Of a stretch of 64,000 bases of DNA, positions 20,358 through 30,110 are shown one piece after another. The notes below the pieces were generated by a model. It searched no databases. It had not been told where the DNA came from and was given only the letters and a program-made list of their open reading frames with translations. Every line of letters begins with the position of its first letter. Within the stretch, counting starts at the first letter, position 1. A program made the translations under genes and the position numbers. Source of the stretch: Promethearchaeota archaeon (GTDB lineage: Archaea; Asgardarchaeota; Heimdallarchaeia; Hodarchaeales; Hodarchaeaceae); NCBI GenBank assembly GCA_048938105.1, contig JBHLMN010000003.1, forward strand, positions 128,001 to 192,000. The letters run 5' to 3'.

Positions 20358-20948
20358 ATGTCTGCTCGTAATCTCGAACGTAGAATACTTGGCCCTTATC
20401 GAATTTCTCATCATCCTTTTTGCGATCATTTTAAGGATCATATCTATATTATTAGAGGAACTAAGGTATGTCGGGGTTGTGTAATGCAATATTCAGGTAT
20501 GATATTTACTTTTATTATTATAAGCATAGGATATCTCTTAGGATGGTGGTATGGTTTAACTGAAATTCAAGTAGGACTTGTTTTATATGCATTGGTTTTT
20601 CCCACAGTATTGACTGCTTTCTTGATTGAGAATCGCAAGATTAAGGACATTGCTCGGTTCTTATTAGGAATATCTTTTTCTTTGGCTTTTATTCAGTTCA
20701 TCTTCACCCCAAACTGGCTAATTAAGGGGTGGATCTTATTAAATTTTATACCTGGCTATATTTATCTTAATCACAGACGAGCGAAGAGCAATAACGAAGT
20801 CTGCAATCAATGTGAAGAAAATGATAAAATGCCTTATTGTACAGGATTTCAAATCTATACTGATCGTGAAAAGATTTTTCTGGCCCAAGCTGTTCAAGGT
20901 GGCATTCATGACCCATTTGCCTTACAACCAGACAAACTTGAAGAATGA
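20358..20948 (+). CDS. Membrane protein with Cys/His metal-binding motifs (DUF2085-like)
   Basis: SHHPFC, VCRGC, about four TM segments, C-terminal CxxC...C. Confidence 0.65.
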   Translation: MSARNLERRILGPYRISHHPFCDHFKDHIYIIRGTKVCRGCVMQYSGMIFTFIIISIGYLLGWWYGLTEIQVGLVLYALVFPTVLTAFLIENRKIKDIARFLLGISFSLAFIQFIFTPNWLIKGWILLNFIPGYIYLNHRRAKSNNEVCNQCEENDKMPYCTGFQIYTDREKIFLAQAVQGGIHDPFALQPDKLEE

Positions 20949-21108
20949 GTTCAAATTTTATTAAACTATAATCAATCAAGTTGATTAATCCTAAATTCAG
21001 GATAATTGATCTTGTACGATTTGAACAAGCGTAATGTTTTTTAGTTAAATCTTCGACATAATATGACATCCTCAAAGTTAAGGAAAATGTTTGGAGGTGA
21101 CGTGAAAA

Positions 21109-21444
21109 ATGTCAAGAACAGAAGCCCTGGTTCAAAGACAAGCACCATGCGCAGATCGTTGTGTAGCATATATAATAGACGGCATTATAACTAGCTGTCT
21201 TTCTATTGTCATTATTGGGGCATGTTATGGCCTATTTAAAGATGGTATAAGAGACGGTCAATCATTAGGTAAAGGGATGATGGGACTCAGAGTCGTTAAT
21301 TTTACTACTGGGAACCCTGCAACATTAGGTAGTTCTTGCCTTCGAAATTTATGTTCTTGTTGTCCAATATTACTTCTATTTACAAAAGGCAGAAGAAGAT
21401 TTGGAGACTTCATTGGTGGAACAATCGTCATTAAAGACAAATAA
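21109..21444 (+). CDS. RDD-family protein, paralog of 16100..16600
   Basis: RCVAYIID, GQSLGKGMMGLRVV, RRFGD..GGTIV. Confidence 0.85.
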   Translation: MSRTEALVQRQAPCADRCVAYIIDGIITSCLSIVIIGACYGLFKDGIRDGQSLGKGMMGLRVVNFTTGNPATLGSSCLRNLCSCCPILLLFTKGRRRFGDFIGGTIVIKDK

Positions 21445-21523
21445 TTCCCCCTTCCCTTTTTTTTCCTATCTTTTGTCAAAATATTTAACACATTTAATTA
21501 AAGAAAAGCTATTTTAACATTAT

Positions 21524-22903
21524 TTATTCTCGGGATATTGCCCTACCAACAAAAACAAGCGTTAGAGCGATTAAAGCAATTATTAAAACAACAGTGGCAA
21601 AGAATGTTCCTTCATCAGGCGTTGGTTGCGACCATGCTAACAGGGCAACCAAAAGATTCAATCCTGAGAGGCATCCGAATAAAGCAGTTAAAAAATTAAG
21701 CCTTTTAGTAGTTCGTTTTTCCTGTTCGAGAGCCAAAAGATTCATCTTCCCCTGTATATAGGAAGTAGCTCCTTCGACAGAACGTTCAACTGATTTCGCG
21801 AAGTCTATCCATGAATTCATGAGATTAAGATTGAAATTTGAAAATAATCTCTGAATTAATGGTTCTGACAACAAAGGTACAATTGGGCTTAATTGCCCTT
21901 GCATTCTCGAAATAGCAGGTTTAAGCTTAAGAAATTGGGCTTGAATAGCCTGGGTACGATCTAATAATTCACTTAACTGAGTAACAGTTGACCTTGTAAT
22001 AGTACGCATCTCTGCTGTTATCTCAGACAATTCTTCCAACATTTTTTGTAATGCAGGTTCAATCGTAAGCCACGCATTCACTAATCCCTTTTGCATTACT
22101 AGGGCTTCATTTACCTTCTGAAATAAAATAACAGGAATCTGATCATCTCCCATATGCACAAGGCATGTTTCAGGTTCATCTGATTTCTCATAATCTGGAG
22201 CCATAATATTAATCGTTAGATTATCTGCATTATCAAAGCGGAGGAAGTATGAGGCATAATATGAGGGGAAATTAGTGTACGCATTCTTTGAATGAGGATC
22301 AACATCGAATAATTCTAGAGGATCAATCTGATAGTTTTCTGTCAACCAAGTCTTAAGATCCTCAAATAAAGAATGAAGCTGAGAAAAAAGAGAAGCTCCT
22401 GCACGGGCAGGAAAACCAGCAAGACCGTATATGAGAGGATCGCGTAAAAAAGGGTCTTCATCATTAATATCACAGGGCCAATAAGTGTGTCTTATCGTCA
22501 TAACCCAATCAATGTGCTTTTCAAACACAATATCGAGCGTCCTAGCTTTTTTCCACTCATATAAAATTCCTAATTGACTAATTGGAACCTTTTGCAATCG
22601 GAATGCTGATCGAATTACTTCTTCAGTGATTCTGAGCGGCACTACAATTTGAAATCCAGCCATGAATTGAGCTTGGTCTTTCCAATGAGCCAACATTGCT
22701 TCTGCACCATGTTCTAAAAATATATTGCAAGAGGGACAACAGCTATTTGACGTATGAACCCGTTGTGGGCATAGTTCTACTGAACCTAGAGAAGCAGCAA
22801 CCTCACATCGGTCACAGCAGTTTAGAAAGTCAGGATCATTGGTAACAAGCATGGCGCCATGTTTACGGCACAGATTTTCAATCTCTGGGGTCATTCTACT
22901 CAA
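21524..22903 (-). CDS. Hypothetical protein: Cys-rich N-terminus, long helical stalk, two C-terminal TM helices (CorA-like topology)
   Basis: CCDRC..C..CCPSC; RLNFLTALFGCLSGLN followed by a second TM helix. Confidence 0.6.
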   Translation of the reverse strand: MSRMTPEIENLCRKHGAMLVTNDPDFLNCCDRCEVAASLGSVELCPQRVHTSNSCCPSCNIFLEHGAEAMLAHWKDQAQFMAGFQIVVPLRITEEVIRSAFRLQKVPISQLGILYEWKKARTLDIVFEKHIDWVMTIRHTYWPCDINDEDPFLRDPLIYGLAGFPARAGASLFSQLHSLFEDLKTWLTENYQIDPLELFDVDPHSKNAYTNFPSYYASYFLRFDNADNLTINIMAPDYEKSDEPETCLVHMGDDQIPVILFQKVNEALVMQKGLVNAWLTIEPALQKMLEELSEITAEMRTITRSTVTQLSELLDRTQAIQAQFLKLKPAISRMQGQLSPIVPLLSEPLIQRLFSNFNLNLMNSWIDFAKSVERSVEGATSYIQGKMNLLALEQEKRTTKRLNFLTALFGCLSGLNLLVALLAWSQPTPDEGTFFATVVLIIALIALTLVFVGRAISRE

Positions 22904-23159
22904 CTATCAATATAATAATGAGTATAAGAGAAAAAGATTTTTCTTGAGAGAAGGATTGCTAGATACGATTTCTCATTCTTTTTTGTTTTTATATATTTTG
23001 AATTAGCTATTCTTTGAGGTTATTGTAGTAGTTTGAGAATTGCTCACTAAGAGTATAATTTCGTATGTTTTCGAAAATCCTACATCTAAAGTGGGAGATA
23101 ATTAGAAAGGAGAATAATAGATTGAACTCATTGTTGGAAATTATAACCAACAATGAATC

Positions 23160-26120
23160 CTAATTAGAAATCACTTCTAGTGCAAGATTTAAATCGAATC
23201 CATTAATTAAAAAAGATTTTTTATCTTCCAAAGATTCAGAAAATAGTTCGTAAGCCAATGTTTCCGCTTTCACATATTCCCTGTACGATTCAATGCTTTT
23301 AAGTATTTCTAAGGAATTAGTTTCATATTTAACATTGATCCTCGTGTCTATATCAAGATTAGCTTCTTTCCTCAAACGTTGTATTACCCTGACTATCTCT
23401 CGTGCCATACCTTCCCGTTTTAATATTGGAGTCATCTCAGTTACGAGTAGTAAAGCTAAGTCATACTCTTTAGACTTTTGAAGGAGATATTTTTGATTTA
23501 TTACCTCCTTAGTTAAATCTTGGATATATTTAAGCTCTTTAACATTTAATTCTTGCCTAAGGTATTCAAACAACTGTGTTGCGTACTTACTAGAGGTAAA
23601 TAATTGATCTCCTATGATGATAGCCAACGATAGTGGTTGACGAAGTTTAGTTTGGGCTTTATTCCTCAATGATCGACCTAGTTCAACAATATTCTGATAT
23701 TTTTGAAAAGATTCTAACACTTTTTCATGTGTGGAAGTGATATCTTTTTTCTTTGGAAGTGAACACAGATGAACACTTTCTGGTAACTGTTTATCAAATG
23801 GACGTCGGAGAAGTTGAAAGATGTGTTCGGATAAGAATGGCATAAAAGGAGCTAATAGATAGCTTATATTCATCAAAACTTCATATAATGTTGAATAGGC
23901 TGCATCTTTGTCGTCAGATGGATCTTTTTCTTTCCAAAATCTCCTTCGTGAACTCCGGATATACCAATTAGTAAGATCATTAAAGAATTCTTCAAGTAGA
24001 AGAGTGGGTTTTTTGCAATCCCAATTTGTTAAGCTCTCATGATAATTATTTATTAAATTAATCAGTCTAGTCAGAATCCATTGATCAAACACATTAGTAG
24101 AAGGTTGAGATAATTGAGAAGCTTCATTAACATCCAGAGCAGCGAAGTTTATAAAGAATCTAACCGCATTCCATAAAGGTACAAACTTACGTTGAATGTC
24201 ATTGGCAATGGTGAATCCAAAACGTAGAAATGCATCTGATTTTTGCGTTGCATAATTCCATCTCATAATATCAGCGCCCATTTCTGAGAGAGCGTGATCA
24301 AAACTAATTGCGTTACCAGAAGATTTATGCATAGGTGCACCATTTTCATCTCTAACTTCCTCGTACACTACAACTGTCTTGAATGGCGCACATTCTTCCA
24401 ATGTAACCGACATAAAGAGTTGTGAATAAAACCAAAGTCTAACTTGTTCGATCATTTCACAGACCATATCGGCAGGAAACCATTTTTCCCATTTTTTTCG
24501 ATTTTTTTGATAATTAAGAGTAGAAAATGGGACTATCCCAGCATCTAACCAACAATCACCTACTTCAGAAATACGTTCAACTAATTTACAACAATTTGGA
24601 CATGAAATTTTCACTTTGTCAATCCATGGACGATGTAGCTCGCTTAATTCTTCTACTTGCTGCGGATCTTCTGCTAATTCTTTTAATTCTTGAAGACTCC
24701 CAACCACTGTCACTTGTCCGCAACTGCAAACATAAAAAGGTAATGGCAATCCCCAATAACGCTTCCTAGAGATGCACCAATCACTCATATTTTCCAACCA
24801 ATCATGCATTCGTTTTCCTGCATGTGCTGGTACCCAATGAACATCGTTATTGGCTTGTTGAAGTAGGGGTTGTATCTCATCACATGAAATGAACCACTCG
24901 GTCTCTAGGTTAAAAACTAACTCGGTTTTACACCGCCAACAGACGGGATATCGGTGTTCAACTGTTTCTATCTTATATAGAAAGCCATTTTCAGTAAGAT
25001 GTTTAAAAACTGATGTAGCTGCTTCTTGTGTATTTAATCCACTAAGCTGATTTAAACCTTCAACAAGTTCCCCCCTATCATTGATAGGAGCAATGACATC
25101 TAGTTCATATTGTTGTCCTAATTCAAAATCTTCTGCACCACATCCAGGGGCGATATGAACTATTCCTGTTCCTTCATCGGAAGATACTTCTTTCCAAGGA
25201 ATTAGTTTGTGCTTAACTCCTTTTTGGAGCGGAAGATCTGTGAAAGGAGCTTTATATTTCAAGTTTAATAAACTAAAACCTTTAATAGAGTTTAATACTG
25301 AAAATTCACGGCCCAAAACTTCAATCGAATCCTCTGCAAGATAAAATTCCTTATCATTCTTTTTAACAAGCACATAAGTTAAATCTGGGTGTACTGCTAA
25401 AGCAGTATTTGCTGTTAGTGTCCAAGGAGTTGTTGTCCAGACCAAGAAATAACGATTAGGTGTTCCTATGACAGGAAGCTGCAAGAACACCGAAGGATGT
25501 TTCACCAATCTATATGAATCCGCCATTTCATGAGCAGAAAGACTGGTACTACAGCGTGGACACCATGGCATCACTAAACGCGAACGATAAAGCCAATTCT
25601 TTTCATGACAGGTTTTTAGGAAGAACCAGATGTGCTCAATATTCTGATCAGTGTGAGTATAATAACTGTTGTCCCAATCCATCTGTTGACCAAGCTTTCT
25701 TGATTGTTGCGTTATAACCCTTGAATATTTATTTATGCGAGCTTTACATTGATTGATAAAAGCCTCTATACCCATTTTCATAATATCTTGTTTTGAATTT
25801 AATCCAAGTGCTTTTTCGACTTCTACTTCAACCCAGAGACCTTGTGTGTCAAAACCATTTTGGAACCGTTGATTATAACCCTGCATAGCCCAGTAACGTT
25901 GAAAAATATCTTTCAAGGTACGACCGCGAGCTGTGTGTACTCCCATAGGGTTATTTGCCGTGATAGGGCCATCAATGAAGCTAAATTGTTGGTTAGACCT
26001 TTGAAGCTTAGTTTTTAATTTCTGAAAAATCTTTTTCTTTTCCCAGAATTCAAGTGTGGTCTTTTCGACTGCTGCCCATTCAAGTTTCGCAGTCACAGGA
26101 ACGAAGAGAGCATCATTCAT
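23160..26120 (-). CDS. ileS: Isoleucine--tRNA ligase
   Basis: FIDGPITAN, HIGH variant HTARG, WTTTPWTL, GTGIVHIAP, DWCISRKRYWG, KMSKS variant PMHKS. Confidence 0.96.
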   Translation of the reverse strand: MNDALFVPVTAKLEWAAVEKTTLEFWEKKKIFQKLKTKLQRSNQQFSFIDGPITANNPMGVHTARGRTLKDIFQRYWAMQGYNQRFQNGFDTQGLWVEVEVEKALGLNSKQDIMKMGIEAFINQCKARINKYSRVITQQSRKLGQQMDWDNSYYTHTDQNIEHIWFFLKTCHEKNWLYRSRLVMPWCPRCSTSLSAHEMADSYRLVKHPSVFLQLPVIGTPNRYFLVWTTTPWTLTANTALAVHPDLTYVLVKKNDKEFYLAEDSIEVLGREFSVLNSIKGFSLLNLKYKAPFTDLPLQKGVKHKLIPWKEVSSDEGTGIVHIAPGCGAEDFELGQQYELDVIAPINDRGELVEGLNQLSGLNTQEAATSVFKHLTENGFLYKIETVEHRYPVCWRCKTELVFNLETEWFISCDEIQPLLQQANNDVHWVPAHAGKRMHDWLENMSDWCISRKRYWGLPLPFYVCSCGQVTVVGSLQELKELAEDPQQVEELSELHRPWIDKVKISCPNCCKLVERISEVGDCWLDAGIVPFSTLNYQKNRKKWEKWFPADMVCEMIEQVRLWFYSQLFMSVTLEECAPFKTVVVYEEVRDENGAPMHKSSGNAISFDHALSEMGADIMRWNYATQKSDAFLRFGFTIANDIQRKFVPLWNAVRFFINFAALDVNEASQLSQPSTNVFDQWILTRLINLINNYHESLTNWDCKKPTLLLEEFFNDLTNWYIRSSRRRFWKEKDPSDDKDAAYSTLYEVLMNISYLLAPFMPFLSEHIFQLLRRPFDKQLPESVHLCSLPKKKDITSTHEKVLESFQKYQNIVELGRSLRNKAQTKLRQPLSLAIIIGDQLFTSSKYATQLFEYLRQELNVKELKYIQDLTKEVINQKYLLQKSKEYDLALLLVTEMTPILKREGMAREIVRVIQRLRKEANLDIDTRINVKYETNSLEILKSIESYREYVKAETLAYELFSESLEDKKSFLINGFDLNLALEVISN

Positions 26121-26675
26121 CGCGTCTCTTCCTCCGATCTCGGAAATTTACATTTGGTAATATCTGGACTAACTCGAAGAGAGTATGTTTTGTCCAATTC
26201 TGTTCAATTTGTTTCTCATTCTCTTTCTTATTCTTTTTACCAAATTTTACGATCCATCCTGAAGTCACCTATAAAAAATCTGTAAATGTTTTCAAAAACT
26301 CATTAGAATAGTTCTTCCAGTAGAAAAAACTAAAAAATTTTACGATTTTGGAGTCTAGTATCCATTGGTTAGTAAAAAAGGAGTTGCAGACAAATTTCGT
26401 GATCCCACATGGATTTTCACTCCGAACGACATTCTTACCTCATAACGTTTAAACATTTCCCTTTAGGTTGAAAAGATAGTATAATTTGTAGTAAAAAATA
26501 TCAAATAATATTTAGAATGATTATGGGACGAAATATAAAGAGATAGAATCTTTCGATGCAATACTTAACCAATTTAATATTTCCTTAACAAACTAATACT
26601 CTATATAGGAATTATTTATTATAGGGTTTATCCTCCCATAATGCATTCTGCTTTTTTATTTGGATAGATGAAAAC

Positions 26676-27842
26676 TTGAATGTAAATGCAAAAAGTGAAC
26701 AGAATCGGTTCTATCTCATAACTGTTGATCTATTGAAAGGATTCTCGATCTTTCCCATGATTTTTGGGCATTTTATTGGATGGTGGGATAATTCAATGGC
26801 TGTTAATTATGAGGAAAACGGCCTTCTCGTATCAATTATTATGATCTTAGGGTTGATGGTTTTCCCATGTTTTCTTTTCATCTATGGGTTCAATCAAGTT
26901 AATTCTTTTTTGAAACGAAGAGGAGATGTCTCAAATCGGCACAAGATTAGATCTCGTGCCATAAAACGAAGTATAATTTTCCTTATTTTCTTAGTTTTCA
27001 CAATGATAATAATGGCATTTTCTAGAGGAGAACCAGAAAAAATGCTCAATTATATTTTTAATTGGCACCTGTTTCATCTTTTTGCTTTTTCTACACTCTT
27101 TTTCCTTCTTATGTGGGAACTCGCATGTTGGATTGAAGAGAAAATTAATGGTTACTGGAGTTCGCAACAATGTTTAACTATCATTCTATTATTAAATTTC
27201 ATACTAGTTATCACCCTTTTCTTTTTATTCCATGATTATATGATAAAACAACCAGTGGGTTTTCCAGTACAATCTGAAATCAAAAGGATTATTGAATACG
27301 CTCTTCTTGATATTTCAACTAGTGGAGTGATTCCATGGCTTTCATTCCCGTTAGCTGGTGGCATTACTGCTTCCTTTCTCGATTTAAATAACATCCATAA
27401 AATTCGTGCTACTGAAAAATCAGTTATAATATTAAGTGCTAACTTAGCTTTCCTGGCCGTTGGGCTATTGTATTTAGCAGAAGAAAGATTTATCTCTCAC
27501 GGGATAGGATATACGTCATCTTTTTCTCATATATTCATTTCAATTGGATTAATCGGTTTTGTTTTTATGATAATAGTTTTATTACTTGATATCAACCAAA
27601 AAATCCCTCGTAAATCTGCCATTAGACTATTCTATCCTATAATCATTGTCAGTAAGATTTCTCTAACTGTTTATCTGATTCATCCTGTTTTTGGAGTCCT
27701 CAATCCTTCACTTATCCCTTCTAAATTAGTGTTAATGTTACTAGCATCTCTTTACAGTCTATTTTTTGTAATTTTAGCTCATTTTTGGCAAAAGTGGGAT
27801 TTCAAATATAGTTTTGAATGGATTATCAAAGAATTCTCTTGA
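26676..27842 (+). CDS. Polytopic membrane acyltransferase (DUF1624/HGSNAT-like)
   Basis: VDLLKG..I..M..GH, FLFIYG, PWL, SLTVYLIH, FEW. Confidence 0.7.
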   Translation: MNVNAKSEQNRFYLITVDLLKGFSIFPMIFGHFIGWWDNSMAVNYEENGLLVSIIMILGLMVFPCFLFIYGFNQVNSFLKRRGDVSNRHKIRSRAIKRSIIFLIFLVFTMIIMAFSRGEPEKMLNYIFNWHLFHLFAFSTLFFLLMWELACWIEEKINGYWSSQQCLTIILLLNFILVITLFFLFHDYMIKQPVGFPVQSEIKRIIEYALLDISTSGVIPWLSFPLAGGITASFLDLNNIHKIRATEKSVIILSANLAFLAVGLLYLAEERFISHGIGYTSSFSHIFISIGLIGFVFMIIVLLLDINQKIPRKSAIRLFYPIIIVSKISLTVYLIHPVFGVLNPSLIPSKLVLMLLASLYSLFFVILAHFWQKWDFKYSFEWIIKEFS

Positions 27843-28082
27843 GGAATTATATAGTGTTACTATAATCATTTTATTCATAGAAGAATTCCAGTAGATTAAT
27901 TTCTTATTGGCTATTCTTTAAATAAAATTATTCTCTAAAGCACTTTAATAATAATACTGATCAGGTGTTGCCTTCTTATCTTAAAAGAGCTTAGAAATAA
28001 TCCATCGATTTTCTAAAAAGATTTTTAGGAAAGATCAGATTAGAGGTTTTATGAGCTTCAGCTTTATTCTGATGAGATAATC

Positions 28083-28622
28083 ATGGCAAATAATAATCCA
28101 GAAAAGTCAGAGTCGGATCCTGTACAGAAACTGGCCAATCGGAGCAAAAATCGTGTTAAGTTGGACGCTAAAAGACTTACTCAGTTGTGGATTAATGCTG
28201 AAAAAGAGATTAAAGAGGCATATTCTCAGGATTCTCTGAGAAAAAAGGAGGAATTCTCGAAAAGACGTAAGTGGAAAAGGATAACACCCCCAAATCCTAA
28301 GATCCTAGCTAAATGGTGGCAAGAGGCCGATAACCATATTCGATTAGCTCATCCTCACGAGAGCCTGAAGATTCGCCAGGAACTAACCGAAAAATACGTC
28401 CTTTCTCGACTTAAAAAGCATTTAGAGAAACAGAAACAGTATAAAGAACCTCATCCAGAGGAAAAACAGATCTCTGAATGGTATGATGAAGAATTATTAA
28501 AACTACGCGAGGAAATCCCTCACAAACCTTTGAAGGAACGGGAAAAAATCGCTTCCGCAATTGTAGAAGAGAAAATTAGACAATATAGAAAAACTATAAG
28601 ACTAGATGAATTTCTTGATTAA
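28083..28622 (+). CDS. Basic hypothetical protein with three internal helical repeats
   Basis: W..(A/E)...(I/L)(K/R)....(S/P)L pattern occurs three times. Confidence 0.7.
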   Translation: MANNNPEKSESDPVQKLANRSKNRVKLDAKRLTQLWINAEKEIKEAYSQDSLRKKEEFSKRRKWKRITPPNPKILAKWWQEADNHIRLAHPHESLKIRQELTEKYVLSRLKKHLEKQKQYKEPHPEEKQISEWYDEELLKLREEIPHKPLKEREKIASAIVEEKIRQYRKTIRLDEFLD

Positions 28623-28660
28623 ATTTTAAAATAAGGTGTCTGGAAAAATAAATGTGATTT

Positions 28661-29263
28661 ATGATGAGTAATCACCCCGAAATATCTAAAAAACTGGTAT
28701 GCAAGGAATATTTAAGGCAACAGATTTATGTCGATCCAGATATCATCATTGACCGAATGAACACAATCAAATTTCAAGCACCAGGTTCAGGGAAAGTCAT
28801 CAATGAAATGATTAGGATTTTTTGCTTTCATGCAGAAAAATATAAGTTTAAAACTGAACCAGCTCCATATATTGCCTTCATTGAGGATTTAGCTGAAGAA
28901 TTAGGATTTGAAAGTCAAATTGCTGTTACTCATTTTCTCAAAAGATATAAAGATATGCAGAAAGGGAAGGTATTTGATCAATCGATTTATTTCATGACGG
29001 TACTTTCAAGTATTATTGAATCTTTTCAAAATAAAGTAATAAGTAGGCTTTCATTACGCTTGAAAAGAAAGTATACCAAAAAAACCAATAAAGAAATCGG
29101 AGATAAATTTGAAGTGTTATTTCAGAGTTCAAACTCGACATTTGGTCTATTAGTTAATATAGAGATCTTAAAAGAAATGGGGAGGCTCATTGGAGTTGAG
29201 ATGGATCCAATAATGACGGACTCTTTCGAGGAGGAATTGATCACTGTTTTAGATAACATCTAA
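28661..29263 (+). CDS. Hypothetical protein
   Basis: 200-aa ORF in operon-like arrangement. Confidence 0.7.
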   Translation: MMSNHPEISKKLVCKEYLRQQIYVDPDIIIDRMNTIKFQAPGSGKVINEMIRIFCFHAEKYKFKTEPAPYIAFIEDLAEELGFESQIAVTHFLKRYKDMQKGKVFDQSIYFMTVLSSIIESFQNKVISRLSLRLKRKYTKKTNKEIGDKFEVLFQSSNSTFGLLVNIEILKEMGRLIGVEMDPIMTDSFEEELITVLDNI

Positions 29264-29287
29264 TATTGTACAAAAGGACACCATATC

Positions 29288-30010
29288 ATGACGTATCGTT
29301 TATATCTCAAGGATTGTTACATTCGTGATTTTAACGCAAAAATCGCGGAGATAACTCCGAAAGGAATCACATTAAATCAATCTGCCTTCTATCCTGAAGG
29401 AGGAGGACAGTTAGGAGACCGAGGAGTGATAGAATGGGAAGAAGGGGAAACTTCTGTAATTAATACTCATCAAAGGCAAGGGAAAATTATTCACGAATTA
29501 GAATCCATTGAAGGGTTGAATGAAGGAATGCAAATTAAAGGAAAACTCGATTGGTCTCGTAGATATCAGCAAATGCGCGCTCATACCGCACAACATTGTA
29601 TCAGCCGTTTTTTTCAAGTCAATTATCAAGCTGAAACCGTCAGTAACCAGCTAAAAACGACATCAAATAGATTAGATCTCTCCCCTTTACATAAAATTCC
29701 TTCTAAAGAACTGAATAAGATTTCAAATAAGATTAATGACCTAATATCGACTAACATGCCTGTAATAATTTCTTTCCTCCCTCGTGACGAAGCAATTAGC
29801 TTTCTCAAAGAAAAAAAGTATCAAACACATTACCTTAACATGGTTCCAAAGTCTGTTCAAGAATTTCGGATTATATCTATTAATGATTATGATTGGGCTG
29901 CCTGTGCGGGAACCCACGTTAAGAATACATCTGAATGTGGCCATATTTCCTTGTATAAGACTGTAAATAAAGGAAAATTACGTGAAAGAGTGTATTATTC
30001 TTTAACCTAA
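29288..30010 (+). CDS. alaX: Alanyl-tRNA editing protein AlaX-M
   Basis: FYPEGGGQLGD, HTAQH, CAGTH. Confidence 0.92.
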   Translation: MTYRLYLKDCYIRDFNAKIAEITPKGITLNQSAFYPEGGGQLGDRGVIEWEEGETSVINTHQRQGKIIHELESIEGLNEGMQIKGKLDWSRRYQQMRAHTAQHCISRFFQVNYQAETVSNQLKTTSNRLDLSPLHKIPSKELNKISNKINDLISTNMPVIISFLPRDEAISFLKEKKYQTHYLNMVPKSVQEFRIISINDYDWAACAGTHVKNTSECGHISLYKTVNKGKLRERVYYSLT

Positions 30011-30110
30011 TGTGTAAATAATTACATTAATTGTTTTAAAGGGAATTATTCTTACCCGTAATTGCTTCAACATTAAATTACAGAATAAATAGGGCATTAT
30101 CAACTAATGA

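Noticed and set aside
26113-26268. 51-aa GTG-start ORF overlapping the ileS start (possible leader peptide)
   Set aside because: Not Ile-rich, no attenuator structure and no recognisable homology; cannot be supported.
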